Positions 8,606 through 18,380 are shown, counted from the stretch's first letter. The stretch is DNA of 64,000 bases from Candidatus Omnitrophota bacterium (GCA_041661345.1 JBAZUO010000003.1:28719-92718); one strand, 5' to 3'. Numbers and translations: made by a program. Notes: generated by a model from the sequence alone, not told the origin.

Positions 8606-8869
8606 CTACCCTGAATGAAAGATAGAATATATTAGCCCCTTAAGCACAAACCCTTCCCGCCTCTTCTGCTCTTCCAGGACAGTATCTATATCTTCCACAT
8701 CGATAATGCCTGTTTCGCTAAGAATAGTTCCGAGATTTTTCTGAATCTGTTTCGCCTCCCGGAGTTCCTTCTGAACTTTCAGGGCCTCGTCCACATCTTT
8801 TTGCGTGGCAAGGCCTCTTTCGACCAATATCTCGCCGAATTTCGGCCTCTTATTTTTAAATAGCCCCAT
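8606..8869 (-). CDS. Small protein with a T2SSE_N/MshEN-like domain
   Basis: 87 aa. FGEILVERGLATQKDVDEALKVQKE..LGTILSETGIIDVEDIDTVLEEQ resembles the N-terminal domain of GspE/PilB-type ATPases, but no ATPase domain is attached. Confidence 0.45.
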   Translation of the reverse strand: MGLFKNKRPKFGEILVERGLATQKDVDEALKVQKELREAKQIQKNLGTILSETGIIDVEDIDTVLEEQKRREGFVLKGLIYSIFHSG

Positions 8870-8895
8870 GCGGCTAACCGCCTTTTCGAATATAC

Positions 8896-9816
8896 TTAGA
8901 ACTGCGTCTGGACTTTTAAAACGACCTCTTGCGCCGCATTTGTATTAACGCCCCACGTGACCAAGCCGTATTGCAATTCTATATTGAACATCTTGCCGCC
9001 TTGTCTTAAGACGCTATCGCCGAAAACCTGCCAGACTCCGCCGATACGCCAGATGCCATAGCTCTCTTTCAAAGATCCTGTTCCGCTATGAAAAACGTAG
9101 CCATCAATTTCGGTCTTAACCAAAAAATACGGGGACGGCCAGAAACCGCATTCGAAGAAATATGGAACATCGTTACAAACGGTTTTGTTCCTCCACCTGT
9201 AACCTGTCTCCGCGCCCCAATATATCGGTAATTTCCATCTCGAGGTTACGGGAAACTGAAAAGATTGGCCCATAAGCCATCTTAGCTCGAACGCGTCGTC
9301 GCCTCTGCCTATACCAGGCTGGTACGGATATCCGTCTTCTCCGCCGTCCGGCTTTTCACTTACGTAATTTCCATAGCCGGGATATATAAAGAATCTACCC
9401 TGTAAGCTCATTACGAGAGGTTTTTCGAGGAAACGCCACTTACCGCCAATCTTAATGTTTGTGAGGCCGCCGTTTTTATGCGAAAAAGGCCCCCAATCAT
9501 CGGGCCTGTCGTATTCCTTGTAGTGGCCTTCCTTGAATTCCATACTGTAGAGGAGATTGAGATAGTCGGTAACACCGAATTCCAGCTTCGGTTCCTGCAC
9601 AAACTCCCACGCCCTGAATGCGTTCGTGCCGCCGCTGGTGAGACTGGTGGTATTACCTCTTTCGTTATAACTTTCCTTCGAATAGTTCCACTTCATGTAG
9701 TACTCCGCCCATACGTGATCTTTAGGTACCGTCCACGCGCCGGCGAACGCCGACTCTATGGAAATTAGCGAAGCAAAGATAAATACCGTAACGAGAAGCA
9801 CTGCCTGTTTCTTCAT
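8896..9816 (-). CDS. Putative outer-membrane beta-barrel protein
   Basis: Start moved to ATG 9816 (MKKQAVLLVTVFIFASLISIESAFA signal peptide, GGAGG upstream). The sequence is rich in aromatic/Gly alternation and ends in a C-terminal Phe (..VQTQF). Confidence 0.5.
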   Translation of the reverse strand: MKKQAVLLVTVFIFASLISIESAFAGAWTVPKDHVWAEYYMKWNYSKESYNERGNTTSLTSGGTNAFRAWEFVQEPKLEFGVTDYLNLLYSMEFKEGHYKEYDRPDDWGPFSHKNGGLTNIKIGGKWRFLEKPLVMSLQGRFFIYPGYGNYVSEKPDGGEDGYPYQPGIGRGDDAFELRWLMGQSFQFPVTSRWKLPIYWGAETGYRWRNKTVCNDVPYFFECGFWPSPYFLVKTEIDGYVFHSGTGSLKESYGIWRIGGVWQVFGDSVLRQGGKMFNIELQYGLVTWGVNTNAAQEVVLKVQTQF

Positions 9817-9899
9817 AACGCTGCCTCCGATTTTTACGAAGTAAAAATCGTCCCGAACCACGATAGCGGCGAGGGACTACACTTAATCATGTTATTATA

Positions 9900-11135
9900 C
9901 TACTTTTTAAGCAATCTCTCCAGCTGTGTTTTCGCAATTCCCAGTTCCTTCCGGGAGTCGCTTTTCTGCAGAATAATCTTTTGAATCGCTTCGTCAACAT
10001 ATTTGGCGCTCGTATCCCAGCTTGCTACGGCCGGAGGGCCTTTTGAGTCATTCGCCTGGGTTACCAGAATATCCTTAAACTTTGGATCCATCTTCAGCAT
10101 ACTCCAACCCTTCATGCTCGGAGGCAGGTATGTATCCTGTCTTGTGAGCGACGCTTCATAAAGCTTGGCCTGAATCTCGGGCCTGAATAGAAATTTTATG
10201 AACTCCCATGCCTCTTCTTTGTGTTTCGATTGGCTGAATATGCTCATTATCCTTCCGCCTATGAAGGCCGTACTTTTACCGGTCGGGCCTTTAGGCAACG
10301 TCGCTATAGACCATTTTCCCGCTATCTCCGGCGCCAACAACCTAAGATCGTCTATCTTCCAGTTGCCCGAAATCGCTATCGGGAAGTCGCCCGTCCTCAT
10401 GCCCTGTTCGAGCGGTATCTTTGACCTCGGGACATTGTGCCTGGTGTAAAGCCCCGAGAAAAAGTCCATCGCCTTTACCGCGGCTTCCGAATCCACCGTG
10501 GCAGCGGAAAGATCCTGATTGTAATAATCGCCGCCTGCCTGCCACAGGAACGGGGAATACCCGATCCAGCTTAAAGACCCCCAGTCAAATATCATGCCCT
10601 TGCCCTGTTTATTCAAATCCGTCAACAAGGTTGTCAACTCTTCCCACGTCTTTGGAGGATTCGCGATAATATCGTTCCTGTAATAGAGAACATACTCGGT
10701 CATGTCAAAAGGTATGCCGTAGACCTTCCCTTTATGCTCTATGGAATTCCAAAGGCCGGAAAATACGGTATTTTTTATCGAATCGATCTCACCGGGATAT
10801 TCCTTCTTCAGATCAACAATCGAATCGAGGTTGCCGAACTCGGATCCCCATGTAAGGCCCATCGTACCTATATCCGGCGCAACGCCTCCGGCGATGGACG
10901 TAAGGTACTTCGAATGCGCGTCGCCCCACGAGATCGCGTCGCATTTGACTTTTATTCCGGTTTCCTTATAAAACTCTTCTGCCAGCTCCTTTATCGTAAG
11001 CGCCTGCCCCTCGGAGCCGATAAGCCACATCGTTATCTGGGTCTTTCCGTCGGCACCTTTTTTCTCGGCGTGGTTATCTCCGCACCCTGCAAGCAAAAAA
11101 CATCCTAAAACGAATAGAATTAAGCCCCTCTTCAT
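9900..11135 (-). CDS. ABC sugar transporter solute-binding lipoprotein (family 1 SBP)
   Basis: Start moved to ATG 11135 (MKRGLILFVLGCFLLAGCG lipobox). The annotated longer start would overlap the ROK gene. The length and the W/Y-rich pattern are typical of carbohydrate SBPs. Confidence 0.8.
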   Translation of the reverse strand: MKRGLILFVLGCFLLAGCGDNHAEKKGADGKTQITMWLIGSEGQALTIKELAEEFYKETGIKVKCDAISWGDAHSKYLTSIAGGVAPDIGTMGLTWGSEFGNLDSIVDLKKEYPGEIDSIKNTVFSGLWNSIEHKGKVYGIPFDMTEYVLYYRNDIIANPPKTWEELTTLLTDLNKQGKGMIFDWGSLSWIGYSPFLWQAGGDYYNQDLSAATVDSEAAVKAMDFFSGLYTRHNVPRSKIPLEQGMRTGDFPIAISGNWKIDDLRLLAPEIAGKWSIATLPKGPTGKSTAFIGGRIMSIFSQSKHKEEAWEFIKFLFRPEIQAKLYEASLTRQDTYLPPSMKGWSMLKMDPKFKDILVTQANDSKGPPAVASWDTSAKYVDEAIQKIILQKSDSRKELGIAKTQLERLLKK

Positions 11136-11149
11136 GCGTTTCCCTATTT

Positions 11150-12409
11150 TTAAATTCTCGCGAATATCTGCTGCATTACAAGCGCCGACGCGCCGCATGC
11201 TATAGAATCTTCTCCGAGGCTCGCAGGAACGATCCTCGCAACTTTGAGAGATTCTTCATACGCCCACTTTTTAACGCTTCTCCTGACCGCATCCATAAAC
11301 AGATCGCCGCATTTTTCTATTCCTCTGCCTATAACGACGGAATCCGGATTAAATAGATTTATCATGAACGCGACCTTGGCGCCGAGATAATCTCCGGCCT
11401 CGGTCAAAATGTCCGCAGCAACCTTGTCCTGCTCTTTGCCGGCCTCTATGACTGTATTAAGCGATATTTTATCGGCCTTGCCGCCGGATAACTCCAATAT
11501 CTTCGAGGTAACATGTAAATTTCGGTCGAAGTATGCCCTGGCGCGCGCGCCTATACCTAAGTCTATACCCCTCGACCTGAAACCGCAGCCATAATCATAT
11601 TTTGCCCAACAATTGTCGTCCTGGTAATCTAATGAGGGCGGATTCAAATTAAGTTCTCCGGCGCTTTTGGAGGCGCCATAATAAAGCTCGCCGTTCAATA
11701 TAAGCCCGCAGCTTGAATCCGAACATATATATAATATGTTTTCCGATTCGCTGCTAAGCCCCAACCCCATCCACTTCTCTCCGATCGCCCCGGCAGTAGC
11801 ATCATGTTCGACAAGCGTCGGTGTATCGAATTCCCTTTCGATAGCGGACTGGAGCGCTGTGTAGCTGAAAAGCCCGCCATTTTCTACCGCGTACCGGACA
11901 GTGCCCTTATATCTATCCAGCACCCCCCATATACCAATACCCACGCCCCTTATCCTATCCTTCTGTATCTTGGACTTCGCATAAAGGTCGCGCACTAATC
12001 CCGTTACCCTCAGTATAAATTTTTCCTGGCTCTCTTCTTCTTTTTTTATTTTAACTTTTGACACCGTTCTGCCGGTGGTATCGACGATAACGCCTATCAC
12101 GCAGGAATCTTCGGTAATGTGGGGTGCACCCATGTCCAGGCCTATCGTGTAACCATACTTCGCATTGATCTCCAGAAGCTCCGGCCTGCGGCCTCCGGTA
12201 GAAACATCGAATCCTTTTTCGAGAACAAGCCCTTTAGAGATATAATCGTCTATGTAGTTGGATATTGTGACGATGTTAAGGTGGGTTATCTTTGATATTT
12301 CGGCTCTCGAAACCTCTCTCGTCCTTCTTATGATATCGAGTATAGCCAGGTTTCGCCGCTCTTTTTCCGTGAAGCGCTCACTTTTCAAAACGCCTTCCCG
12401 TAAAGCCAT
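11150..12409 (-). CDS. ROK-family transcriptional regulator (N-terminal wHTH + ROK sugar-kinase-like domain)
   Basis: NLAILDIIRRTREVSRAEISKITHLNIVTISNYIDDYISKGLV is the wHTH, followed by a ROK fold (GLDMG, GIGIWG, GAIGE). Confidence 0.8.
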   Translation of the reverse strand: MALREGVLKSERFTEKERRNLAILDIIRRTREVSRAEISKITHLNIVTISNYIDDYISKGLVLEKGFDVSTGGRRPELLEINAKYGYTIGLDMGAPHITEDSCVIGVIVDTTGRTVSKVKIKKEEESQEKFILRVTGLVRDLYAKSKIQKDRIRGVGIGIWGVLDRYKGTVRYAVENGGLFSYTALQSAIEREFDTPTLVEHDATAGAIGEKWMGLGLSSESENILYICSDSSCGLILNGELYYGASKSAGELNLNPPSLDYQDDNCWAKYDYGCGFRSRGIDLGIGARARAYFDRNLHVTSKILELSGGKADKISLNTVIEAGKEQDKVAADILTEAGDYLGAKVAFMINLFNPDSVVIGRGIEKCGDLFMDAVRRSVKKWAYEESLKVARIVPASLGEDSIACGASALVMQQIFARI

Positions 12410-12419
12410 CTATCACCTC

Positions 12420-12442
12420 TCAATTTTGCGAAGCAAAATTGA
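12420..12442. promoter_or_regulatory. 23-bp palindromic operator candidate TCAATTTTGCGAAGCAAAATTGA
   Basis: Perfect 10-3-10 inverted repeat, 11 nt upstream of the ROK regulator start codon and abutting its RBS. A near-identical site lies at 13609-13631. Confidence 0.55.
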
Positions 12443-12449
12443 CAATTTT

Positions 12450-13589
12450 TTACCAGCTCGACTCGAGATATATGACGCCGAAAGTTTTGCCGCCTTTAAA
12501 TCCGCCCTTCATAAGCGCCCAGTTCGAGATATATCTTATCCAGCACCATTTTAAAACTTTACTGCGGGGCGAAAGCGCAAACATCGGCCTGAAATATCTA
12601 TATCCGAAGAACAGGGTAAGGGCCAGCCATATCCAAAGCCAGATAGTCAGGTTTTGTGTGAATACCGTCTGCAGCAAGTTTACCACAAAAGCCAATCCAA
12701 ATAAATGCATAAAATGATAATCGCCTATATAGATTATCCCTCTCACAGATGAAGGTATGACAAGGGTGAGGTAATTGGGGGTATATTGCAATTGTATCTC
12801 GATAACCTTCTTCGCGTGCTTCAGGACGGCCAGCGGATGACCGAAACCATAACCGTAAAGCTGTTTGCAATACGCCTGTAATGTAACTCTGTGCATATGG
12901 TCAACTATAGCGGACGGCTTGTAATATAGCCTGAATCCTTTCTTTAGGATCCTTAAGCTAAAGTCGACATCCTCGCTTGTTATCTCGTGCCAGAATTCTC
13001 TGCCTATGGCGTCGGCTGCTTTCTTACTGACAGCCGCGTTAGCCGTAGCGAAAAACGGGCTGTGAATATTGCCGTTCATTTCGTGCGGCAAGTTTTTCTT
13101 TATTGTGGGATAATACCCTTCCTCTGTCATCAGGCATCGCCCGGCCACTGTCAGGAACTTCGTCTGTTCGCAGTAGGACTCGACATCGTTGTTTGGGTCG
13201 GTACGAAGCGTATGTATCTCGCCTCCGACCATGCCCACCTTGGGATCCTTTAAAAATGGCTCGAGTATCTTCATCGCCCAATCTTTTCTCGGCGCGCAGT
13301 CCCCGTCCGTAAAAAGTATATAATCGCCCTTTGCCATCTTAAGCGCGGCATTCCTTGCCTCGCCGGGTGATTTGGAATTCGGTACTATGACGAGCTTTAT
13401 GAGATCGTGACGCTTCTGCCAGTCTCTTATGATGTCAACGGTTTTATCGGTCGAACCGCCGTCGCCGAACACTATCTCCATTTTGTCTTTAGGATAGTCT
13501 ATATCCATCAGGTATTTAAGATTGGTCTCTATAGTCCTCTCAACGTTCCTTATCGGATTAATTATCGATATAAATGGTAAGTTACTCAT
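12450..13589 (-). CDS. Family 2 glycosyltransferase with C-terminal transmembrane segments
   Basis: Start moved to ATG 13589 (MSNLPFISIINP, GAAAGGAGAAG upstream). GDGGSTDKT, FTDGDCAP (DxD) and EDVDFSLR are present, followed by hydrophobic helices. Confidence 0.75.
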   Translation of the reverse strand: MSNLPFISIINPIRNVERTIETNLKYLMDIDYPKDKMEIVFGDGGSTDKTVDIIRDWQKRHDLIKLVIVPNSKSPGEARNAALKMAKGDYILFTDGDCAPRKDWAMKILEPFLKDPKVGMVGGEIHTLRTDPNNDVESYCEQTKFLTVAGRCLMTEEGYYPTIKKNLPHEMNGNIHSPFFATANAAVSKKAADAIGREFWHEITSEDVDFSLRILKKGFRLYYKPSAIVDHMHRVTLQAYCKQLYGYGFGHPLAVLKHAKKVIEIQLQYTPNYLTLVIPSSVRGIIYIGDYHFMHLFGLAFVVNLLQTVFTQNLTIWLWIWLALTLFFGYRYFRPMFALSPRSKVLKWCWIRYISNWALMKGGFKGGKTFGVIYLESSW

Positions 13590-13608
13590 TGTCTTACTAC
13601 TTCTCCTT

Positions 13609-13631
13609 TCAAATTTGCGAAGCAAATTTGA
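13609..13631. promoter_or_regulatory. 23-bp palindromic operator candidate TCAAATTTGCGAAGCAAATTTGA
   Basis: Perfect 10-3-10 inverted repeat, about 20 nt upstream of the GT2 start. It differs from the 12420 site only at one symmetric position per half-site. Confidence 0.55.
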
Positions 13632-13676
13632 TCCTGAGGCCGCAACGAATAGGAGCGGCCGAAGGATCTTCTTGCT

Positions 13677-16028
13677 TCATCCCATTACTACTTCTACAAC
13701 ATGGGTCTTTTTATCTTTTAACACCGGAACGACATTACCTTCGACTTTCATGCCGTCTAGAATTAACGACTTAACTCCCTTATTCACGCCTTTCGGATTC
13801 CTGACCGATATGTTATACATCGCGCCTCTAAATACTCTATTAACTTTAAATGATTTCCACTTTTTCGGAATACATGGATCTATTACAAGCCCGTTATAAT
13901 CGGGCCTTACACCAAGGATATAATTCATTATCGCTACCATATTCCATGCGGCTGTACCGGTAAGCCATGAGTTCCTTGCGCGGCCAAAATTCCGGTTGCC
14001 CTTACCTGTTATGAACTGCGAATATATGTAACACTCAGTAAGATGTATATCAGCTATCTTATTCTTCGTGGCCGGCAAAATCGTCTTGTAATATTTAAAT
14101 GCGGCATCACCTCTGCCGAGGATAGTCTCCGCTATCATAGCCCACGGATTCGAATGACAAAATATACCGCCGTTCTCTTTTAATCCCGGAGCGAATGTCG
14201 TAACAGCACCCAGCTTCCCGTCATATTCTTTGTACGGCGGCGAGATAAGCATGATACCATATTTCGTATCTAGATGCAATTTAACCATGTCCATGCACAG
14301 TTTCGCGCGGTCTTCACCGGTAATATGACTCATCACCGCCCACGCCTGAGGCAACAGGTCGATAATACCGCCTTCTTTGCACTTCGCCGAACCTACGGCC
14401 TGACCATACTTATCAATGCCTCTTATAAACCATTTACCGTCCCATGCGTTCTTATTAAAATTTTCCTTAATCCCTTCGGCGATCTCGGAGTACTTTTCAT
14501 AATCCTCGCTCCTTCCCAGAAAGCTTGCCATAGTCAGGAATTCGTGGATCTCCATATATAAGAGAAGCGGCACCCAGGTAGTCTCCGCCACTTCATTATC
14601 TATACCAAGATTAAGGCAATCGTTCCAGTCGGCAAATCGCATCAGGACAAACCCCTTAAGGCCTTTTTCACTCAGCACGAAGTCTATCGCCTTTTTAAGA
14701 TGCTCATACATCGGCGCAGGATCGCCATCAACATATTTAACCTTCTCGTCCAGAAAAGCGATATCGCCTGTTTCCTTGATGTATGCGGCCGTCGATAATA
14801 TCAGCCAGAGAGGATCATCCGAATATCCGCCTTTCTCACCGGTCTTTGTAAGAGGAAAGAATTTGTGATACGATGACCCGTTCTTAAACTGGTTTGATGC
14901 GAGCTCAGCGATCCTGGCCTTAACCCTGTCCGGGATCACGTGAACCACGCCTATCGTGTCCTGGTTTGAATCTCTGAATCCCATTCCGCGGCCGATACCG
15001 GCCTCGTAATAAGACGCAAATCTTGACCAGTTGAATGTGGTGCGGCACTGGTATTGGTTCCATATATTAACCATCGAGTTGACGTCTTTGTCGGGGGTTT
15101 CGGCCTGAAAACGGCCCAAGTATTCGCCCCAATAATTCTTCAGTTCATCAAGTTTGGCATATACATCTCTATCGCCGAGATATTTTCCGTGAACGCCCAG
15201 CGCCTCTTCTTTTGTCTCGGCGACTCCGAGCGAGAATATCAGATCTTTCGATTCTCCGGGTTTAAGCTTAACGCTTACGGAAACGCTCGCGATCGGATTT
15301 CCTCCGGAGGCTATGGAGCCGAAAGATTTGCCGCGTTCCACTGCAATGGGATTGGATTCCGAGCGATACTGACCTATAAACGTCTCTCTGTCGCAATCAA
15401 AACCTGATATCTTTTTATTACATCCGAAATACGCGAGCCCAAGCCTGCCGAATTTAGGCGCATAGCCGGTTTGATGAAATATAACATTGCCCTCGTTAAC
15501 AGCGCTGGCTATATTGAGAGTGTATTGAAAATCAGTCATGTCCATTTCGGCATGCCAGAGGCAGAATTCCGTATATGTGAAGATTTTTAAAGCGCGGGTC
15601 TTTTTCGAATCATTCTTTACTTTAAGCGCCCAGAATTCCATCTTCTCTCCGAGCGGAACGAAATAGCTGGCGGCGGTCGAGATGTTGTTATACTTGGATT
15701 TTATCACGGTGTAGCCCATTCCGTGCCTACACTCGTATTTATAACCTTTGTCTTTCAAAACGGGCTGCCACGTGGCGGACCAATAATCTCCTGAAGAGTC
15801 ATCGCGAAGGTATATGTAGCGGCCAGGCCTGTCGACCGGGATGTTATTGTATCTGAATCTCGTTATTCTTCTGTCTTTCGGATCGCGATGGAAACTGTAA
15901 CCACCGGCGGTATTCGACATAAGCGCGCAGTACTCATCGCATCCTAAATAATTTATCCACGGCGTAGGTGTATCCGGCCGCGTTATTACAAACTCCCTGC
16001 TCTTATCATCAAAATAACCGTACTCCAA
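13677..16028 (-). CDS. GH94 glycoside phosphorylase (cellobiose/cellodextrin/chitobiose phosphorylase family)
   Basis: 783 aa. The N-terminus MEYGYFDDKSREFVITRPDTPTPWINYLG is colinear with cellobiose phosphorylases, and the length matches GH94. Confidence 0.85.
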   Translation of the reverse strand: MEYGYFDDKSREFVITRPDTPTPWINYLGCDEYCALMSNTAGGYSFHRDPKDRRITRFRYNNIPVDRPGRYIYLRDDSSGDYWSATWQPVLKDKGYKYECRHGMGYTVIKSKYNNISTAASYFVPLGEKMEFWALKVKNDSKKTRALKIFTYTEFCLWHAEMDMTDFQYTLNIASAVNEGNVIFHQTGYAPKFGRLGLAYFGCNKKISGFDCDRETFIGQYRSESNPIAVERGKSFGSIASGGNPIASVSVSVKLKPGESKDLIFSLGVAETKEEALGVHGKYLGDRDVYAKLDELKNYWGEYLGRFQAETPDKDVNSMVNIWNQYQCRTTFNWSRFASYYEAGIGRGMGFRDSNQDTIGVVHVIPDRVKARIAELASNQFKNGSSYHKFFPLTKTGEKGGYSDDPLWLILSTAAYIKETGDIAFLDEKVKYVDGDPAPMYEHLKKAIDFVLSEKGLKGFVLMRFADWNDCLNLGIDNEVAETTWVPLLLYMEIHEFLTMASFLGRSEDYEKYSEIAEGIKENFNKNAWDGKWFIRGIDKYGQAVGSAKCKEGGIIDLLPQAWAVMSHITGEDRAKLCMDMVKLHLDTKYGIMLISPPYKEYDGKLGAVTTFAPGLKENGGIFCHSNPWAMIAETILGRGDAAFKYYKTILPATKNKIADIHLTECYIYSQFITGKGNRNFGRARNSWLTGTAAWNMVAIMNYILGVRPDYNGLVIDPCIPKKWKSFKVNRVFRGAMYNISVRNPKGVNKGVKSLILDGMKVEGNVVPVLKDKKTHVVEVVMG

Positions 16029-16041
16029 AACCGCATTCCTC

Positions 16042-16644
16042 TTAATCTGACAATTTTACATTATCGACGTATATCGGCCCTTTATACGTGATTTTACCGT
16101 TCGATTCAATGCGGATACCCATCTTCTTTACATCGCTTCTAAAACTATCATCTATAAACTTACGCCAAGCCATACTGCTTGCGGTAAGATCCAGTTTTAT
16201 CACCGTCCATTCGCCCGGAGTAAGCGGATACGCCTTATTCGCCTCCGTCCACTTCCACTCTTCGCCGACCGTCAGGATCACTCTCGCCCTTAAGCCCTGC
16301 GGCGCGTTCTTTGGAAAAAATATATCGACTGACAGGTAGTTGAAGGGGGTCCAGTCTGTTACATCTATAACGCGTTCGACATATGCGCCCTCCCAGCGCG
16401 GGCCGCCCGAAAATTCGACATCGAATTCCAACGAATATTTGCCCTCGCTCGCGTTAAATTCGGAGACGCTTATCTGACGCCCGACGTAATCCTGCTTGGC
16501 CTGTGTCCAGTCCGGTATCTCCCATCCCTGAGGGTCCTTCTCAAAACTGTAAAGAACAATCTCTTTGGAATACGATATACCTGACAGGTTCGCGAGGAGG
16601 AAAATTGTTATTAAAAGAATTATAAATATTTTTAACTTCGGCAT
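16042..16644 (-). CDS. Secreted CBM-like beta-sandwich protein (paralog B)
   Basis: Has a signal peptide. Shares YSFEKDPQGWEIPDW.., ..GEWT.I...L.., FR.DV(K/R)K.(G/A)IR(I/V)ESN and GPIY(V/I)DNV(K/R)L with 17772..18380. Confidence 0.55.
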   Translation of the reverse strand: MPKLKIFIILLITIFLLANLSGISYSKEIVLYSFEKDPQGWEIPDWTQAKQDYVGRQISVSEFNASEGKYSLEFDVEFSGGPRWEGAYVERVIDVTDWTPFNYLSVDIFFPKNAPQGLRARVILTVGEEWKWTEANKAYPLTPGEWTVIKLDLTASSMAWRKFIDDSFRSDVKKMGIRIESNGKITYKGPIYVDNVKLSD

Positions 16645-16652
16645 AAAAAATT

Positions 16653-17690
16653 TTAGTATTTCAACTTTGTTGGTGTATGCTTCTTATACCACTTCTCTAC
16701 GATCTTCTGGGCAGGTTTATTCTGGAAGACATAGCCCCTGTTATTGGGCCCGCCAAAATTCTTATTCGTGCCCCATCGCCACCAGTATAAGCCGTAGAAC
16801 CATTCCTTGTCCCAGAAAGTTTCCAAAAGAGCTTCGTAACAGTCCTCCTGAAGCTTCACATTCGTATTCCCTGTAAGGTCTTCCCACGGGGTTTTCGCCG
16901 TCCAGTCCGCGCTGCAATATCCTACCTCCGGAAATATTATCGGTTTATTGACCCTCTTCTGGAATTCTTCAATGTCCTTCACCCACGGCTCCCACCCCTT
17001 CTTTATCTCTTCTAATGTAGGGACAGCTTTATCTTCCACGATCGGGTAGTAGGCATCGATGCCTACATAGTCAAGGGCATCCCAGAATTTAATGTGCCCG
17101 TATTCATCGTTCCAATTTGACGCATATGTCAGCGGCCCCTTATAAACCTCTCTGACCGATTTAATTACTACATCTCTCCATTTATCTTCTCTCATAGCAG
17201 AAATGGATGTAAGCTCGGTACCAATACACAACATCTCGGCCTTATTCTCCTCCGCTAATACAGCATAATGTACGATGAAATTTTTATAGCTCTCGAACCA
17301 AGCGTCCAAATCGGTATCCAGTTTGCAACCTATATCTCCGCGCCAACTTCCATCGGAAGTATCTATTATATCGAGATGAGGCTTTATCATGACCTTCATC
17401 CCGAGGGAATGCGCTTCTTTTATTGCATGGACGATGCTTTCGTCGCTTGGGGTCTTATCGGTTGGGTGTATATCCGTGTCGTGGCAGCTATCCTGATACC
17501 AGGTAGTCAGGACGCTCACCCATGTCGCTCCCGTTCCTCGCAGTGTCTTTAGAGACTCATCGGAGGCCGGGGAAACATACTTATCCTTGGTCCATGTGGT
17601 ATAGCATATCCCTTTCTGCCATTCATAAGAGAATGCCGGAACACAAAACAGGATCGCGATCAGGCTTACTACTATAATTTTTTTGAGCAT
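16653..17690 (-). CDS. Secreted (beta/alpha)8 glycoside hydrolase, clan GH-A-like (family not assignable by eye)
   Basis: Has a signal peptide. MKVMIKPHLD, MLCIGTELTS (candidate acid/base Glu), IIFPEVGY (candidate nucleophile Glu) and GLYWWRW are present. It is a paralog of the C-terminal half of 20652..22259. Confidence 0.6.
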   Translation of the reverse strand: MLKKIIVVSLIAILFCVPAFSYEWQKGICYTTWTKDKYVSPASDESLKTLRGTGATWVSVLTTWYQDSCHDTDIHPTDKTPSDESIVHAIKEAHSLGMKVMIKPHLDIIDTSDGSWRGDIGCKLDTDLDAWFESYKNFIVHYAVLAEENKAEMLCIGTELTSISAMREDKWRDVVIKSVREVYKGPLTYASNWNDEYGHIKFWDALDYVGIDAYYPIVEDKAVPTLEEIKKGWEPWVKDIEEFQKRVNKPIIFPEVGYCSADWTAKTPWEDLTGNTNVKLQEDCYEALLETFWDKEWFYGLYWWRWGTNKNFGGPNNRGYVFQNKPAQKIVEKWYKKHTPTKLKY

Positions 17691-17712
17691 TTTTACCTCT
17701 TAAAGAGATCTT

Positions 17713-17741
17713 ATTATACCACTTTTTGCAGGCAGGGTCAA
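17713..17741 (-). promoter_or_regulatory. Sigma70-type promoter candidate TTGACC-18 nt-TGgTATAAT for the glycosidase gene
   Basis: Minus-strand reading: TTGACC (17741-17736), an 18-nt spacer, then an extended -10 TGGTATAAT (17721-17713), then GAGG 5 nt before ATG 17690. Confidence 0.5.
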
Positions 17742-17756
17742 CCCCTGCCTGCAAAA
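17724..17756. other. Perfect 14-bp stem / 5-nt loop hairpin (TTTTGCAGGCAGGG-TCAAC-CCCTGCCTGCAAAA)
   Basis: Lies 16 nt downstream of the stop of 17772..18380. The loop carries the -35 element of the promoter candidate. No U-tract follows the stem on the minus-strand transcript. Confidence 0.6.
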
Positions 17757-17771
17757 GGCAGCTTACTCAAA

Positions 17772-18380
17772 TTACTTATTAAGAACCAGCCTTACGTTAT
17801 CAATATAGATAGGACCGGTGTATTCCGGCTTCTTGTTCGACTCGACCCTTATTGCGAGCTTGCGAACGTCTTTTCTGAAATTATCATCCACAACCGTCCT
17901 CTTCCAGTCTTCGCTTCCGGGTAAAAGATTTGCGGTAATGGTAACCCATTCGCCTGGAACCAGAGCGGTTGATCTGGCCATCTCGATGAACTTCCAGCCT
18001 TCTCCTACCGTCAATATAATCTTACCCTTCAATCCAACCGGTGCCTCTTTCGGTATATAAATATCGGCAGATATAGCCTTGTAGGGCGTCCAATCAAAAT
18101 ACTCAAAATCTTCCACTAAGGCCGCACTCCATATCTTGCCCGGGAACGCTGCCATGATTTTAAGCGAGCCCTTGCCGTCTTTAGCAAAGTCTTTGGAAGA
18201 CTCCACCGTCTTCGCTACGTGATCCTCCTGCTCCAACGCCCATTCCGGTATCTCCCAGCCCTGGGCATCCTTCTCGAAACTGAAGACGACCTTCTCTTCA
18301 GCCTGGGCTATGCTTGAGAAGCCGAATGTAAAGGCTATCGCAAGAGCTAATGCTAAAGCTACTACTGTCAACCTTTTCAT
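17772..18380 (-). CDS. Secreted CBM-like beta-sandwich protein (paralog A)
   Basis: Start moved to ATG 18380 (MKRLTVVALALALAIAFTFGFSSIAQA signal peptide, GGGGG upstream). Paralog of 16042..16644. Confidence 0.55.
   Translation of the reverse strand: MKRLTVVALALALAIAFTFGFSSIAQAEEKVVFSFEKDAQGWEIPEWALEQEDHVAKTVESSKDFAKDGKGSLKIMAAFPGKIWSAALVEDFEYFDWTPYKAISADIYIPKEAPVGLKGKIILTVGEGWKFIEMARSTALVPGEWVTITANLLPGSEDWKRTVVDDNFRKDVRKLAIRVESNKKPEYTGPIYIDNVRLVLNK

Noticed and set aside
17724-17756. The hairpin as a canonical rho-independent terminator
   Set aside because: On the minus-strand transcript the stem is followed by A-rich, not U-rich, sequence. It is kept only as a hairpin of uncertain function.
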